Shown one piece after another: positions 61,953 to 64,000 of a DNA stretch of 64,000 nt (the stretch's first letter is position 1; each line of letters opens with the position of its first letter). The position numbers were made by a program, and so were the translations under genes. The DNA comes from Octopus vulgaris (taxonomy: Eukaryota), in the NCBI GenBank assembly GCA_951406725.2, contig OX597818.1, positions 126,852,001 to 126,916,000 on the forward strand, given 5' to 3'. The notes beneath the pieces are model-generated. The model saw nothing but the letters and a program-made list of their open reading frames with translations. It searched no databases and had not been told where the DNA came from.

Positions 61953-62619
61953 AATTAGCTATATACTTACATATACTACATACGCCCACACGCAAACACA
62001 AACATATACACATGTATGGATGTACGTATCTTATGTGTGTATAGTGTATATGCATATAATACTTATTCTTATATATGTGTACATATGCATATATATATAT
62101 ATATCCATGTATATTTATATATATGTGTGTGTTTCTATGTTTGTATGTGTATATATATACATGTATGTATGTATGTATATATATGTATGGATGGATGGAT
62201 GGATTGATGTATGTATGAATGTATTAGTGTGTGTGTGTCTATGTGTGTTTATAGTGAAGAGATAAATGTCATACATTCAATCCACGGGTAAGGAAATAGA
62301 TGAATAGAGAGATAAGTAGATATCACCGAATTATGATTATATTCTTATATATATACGTGAGATATCCGAAAATGAGAACATATGTACTGATTCCTTACAT
62401 TGTTATATTCAGTCAAAGCCACCAGATCTATAAGCGATAAACGTATGACGTGTACTGATCATTCAAGGCTTTTGTAATGTTAGAAATGTGAAATAACTGA
62501 ATCCCGAAATGGTATCCAATCTCAAAACCCCGCTTAGCATACATGCGTACATGCGTACATCCATCCGTCCATACATACATACATACATACATACATACAT
62601 ACATACATACATACATACA

Positions 62620-62650
<31 letters not shown>

Positions 62651-62738
62651 GTATATATGTACATACATACATACTTACATACATACATACATACTTACAT
62701 ACATACAAACATACATGCATACATACATACATACATAC

Positions 62739-62769
<31 letters not shown>

Positions 62770-63410
62770 CATGCATACATACATGCATACATGCATACAT
62801 ACATACATAGATTCATACATACATACATACATTCATACATACATACGTGCATACAGACAGACACTCAGGGATGCATGCAAGCAGACGAACATATATACTT
62901 TTGTATATACCAATATGGATACGTACATAGATACATGAATACGTGCACATCGATACGTACAGACATACGTGCACGCATACTTATGCATCAATAAAATCGC
63001 AGTCTTACTCCGTCAGTTTCGATGAAAGGCACTCAGCTGTTCTCACGATAGAAATAATTATCCATTGAATGAGCATATAAGTGGCTGAGTACTTCAAATA
63101 CTTGTCCTGTACTTATGGCATAGTCCTCAGTCAGAATTAATTTGAGATAATGCGACTAGGCTGAAAAGTTAAAATTACAGGTACAATGTAACTGGCGAGC
63201 TTCTCCACAGTTTCCTTCTATCCAATTTCACCCACAAGCTTAGTTTAACTTTATGCCATAGAAATAGCCATTGCTTAAGATGCCAGGCAGTGGGACATAA
63301 CCATGAGCCATGAGATTATGCAGAAAACTTCTTAAGCGTTTGGATAAGATGCGCCCATTTGCAATCGCACACATATCTACAGCTACACAAATTATATATA
63401 TATATATATA

Positions 63411-63526
63411 TATACTTTATTTAAAAGCAGCAGAAATATAACACAAGCTGTTACTCAGAGTTTCACGTTACCATTCGTCGGGTAGCTTTGTTAACAAATA
63501 TTTCTGCTGCTTTGAAATAAGGTATA
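63411..63526 (-). ncRNA. Hammerhead-like motif enclosed by a 29-bp inverted repeat
   Basis: Minus strand: aagctac-CCGACGA-ATG gtaa CGT-GAAA-CTC t GAG-TA-acagctt. Outer arms 63411-63439 and 63498-63526. Confidence 0.55.
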
Positions 63527-63748
63527 TTACTCTACCTCTGGTATTTGAGTACTCTTTTTTCCACGTCGTGTCACATTTATATGTTTACTCCGGTATATAT
63601 ATATAATGGAGTAAATGGAGCAAGAACATACTCGGAAACGAACGAAAGATTTCTGGACAATGGACAGACGCTAAAATAATAAAAATAGCAATAAAAGAGT
63701 GAAGGAAAGAAAAATATATATTTAGTGCGTGCGTTTATTTGGCAAAAA

Positions 63749-63833
<85 letters not shown>

Positions 63834-64000
63834 ATGACCATCCCGAAATACAACAATATTTATATTTATATATATATATATAGGCTAACGTTACATAGAT
63901 TGCAATTAATAAACGCCCGTTTTATCTATTTTTAAAAACCAATGACCTTACACGCAAATAAAAAACGAATATATTGGTTCAATGAAATTTGATCTTAAGC

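Overview
AT-rich eukaryotic DNA packed with microsatellites and tRNA-derived SINEs; the repeat content suggests an octopus or other cephalopod (inference). Nearly all ORF-track entries are microsatellite or transposon artefacts. The main discovery is a split neuropeptide-precursor gene on the minus strand that the ORF track largely misses. A signal-peptide exon (17054-17142, MTRHILILSIVGMVLVSLVNA-RYIPEEEL) is followed by three mutually homologous, frame-symmetric (phase 2-2) exons at 9863-9976, 8781-8900 and 3439-3537. Each encodes x-K-R plus one 30-37 aa peptide resembling the PXXXamide / invertebrate PTH-like family. None carries its own amidation signal, so each looks like a swappable cassette whose C-terminus depends on the exon spliced next. 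The expected terminal Gly-Lys-Arg exon was not found and probably lies left of position 1. The introns hold a degenerate ~25-bp TGACGTA array, two hairpins, R4/Dong-like LINE pieces in (TAA)n, a mariner, a hAT MITE and a Penelope GIY-YIG remnant. The rest of the window is mostly SINE/LINE debris, with a 126-bp-arm inverted repeat and several minimal hammerhead-like motifs.
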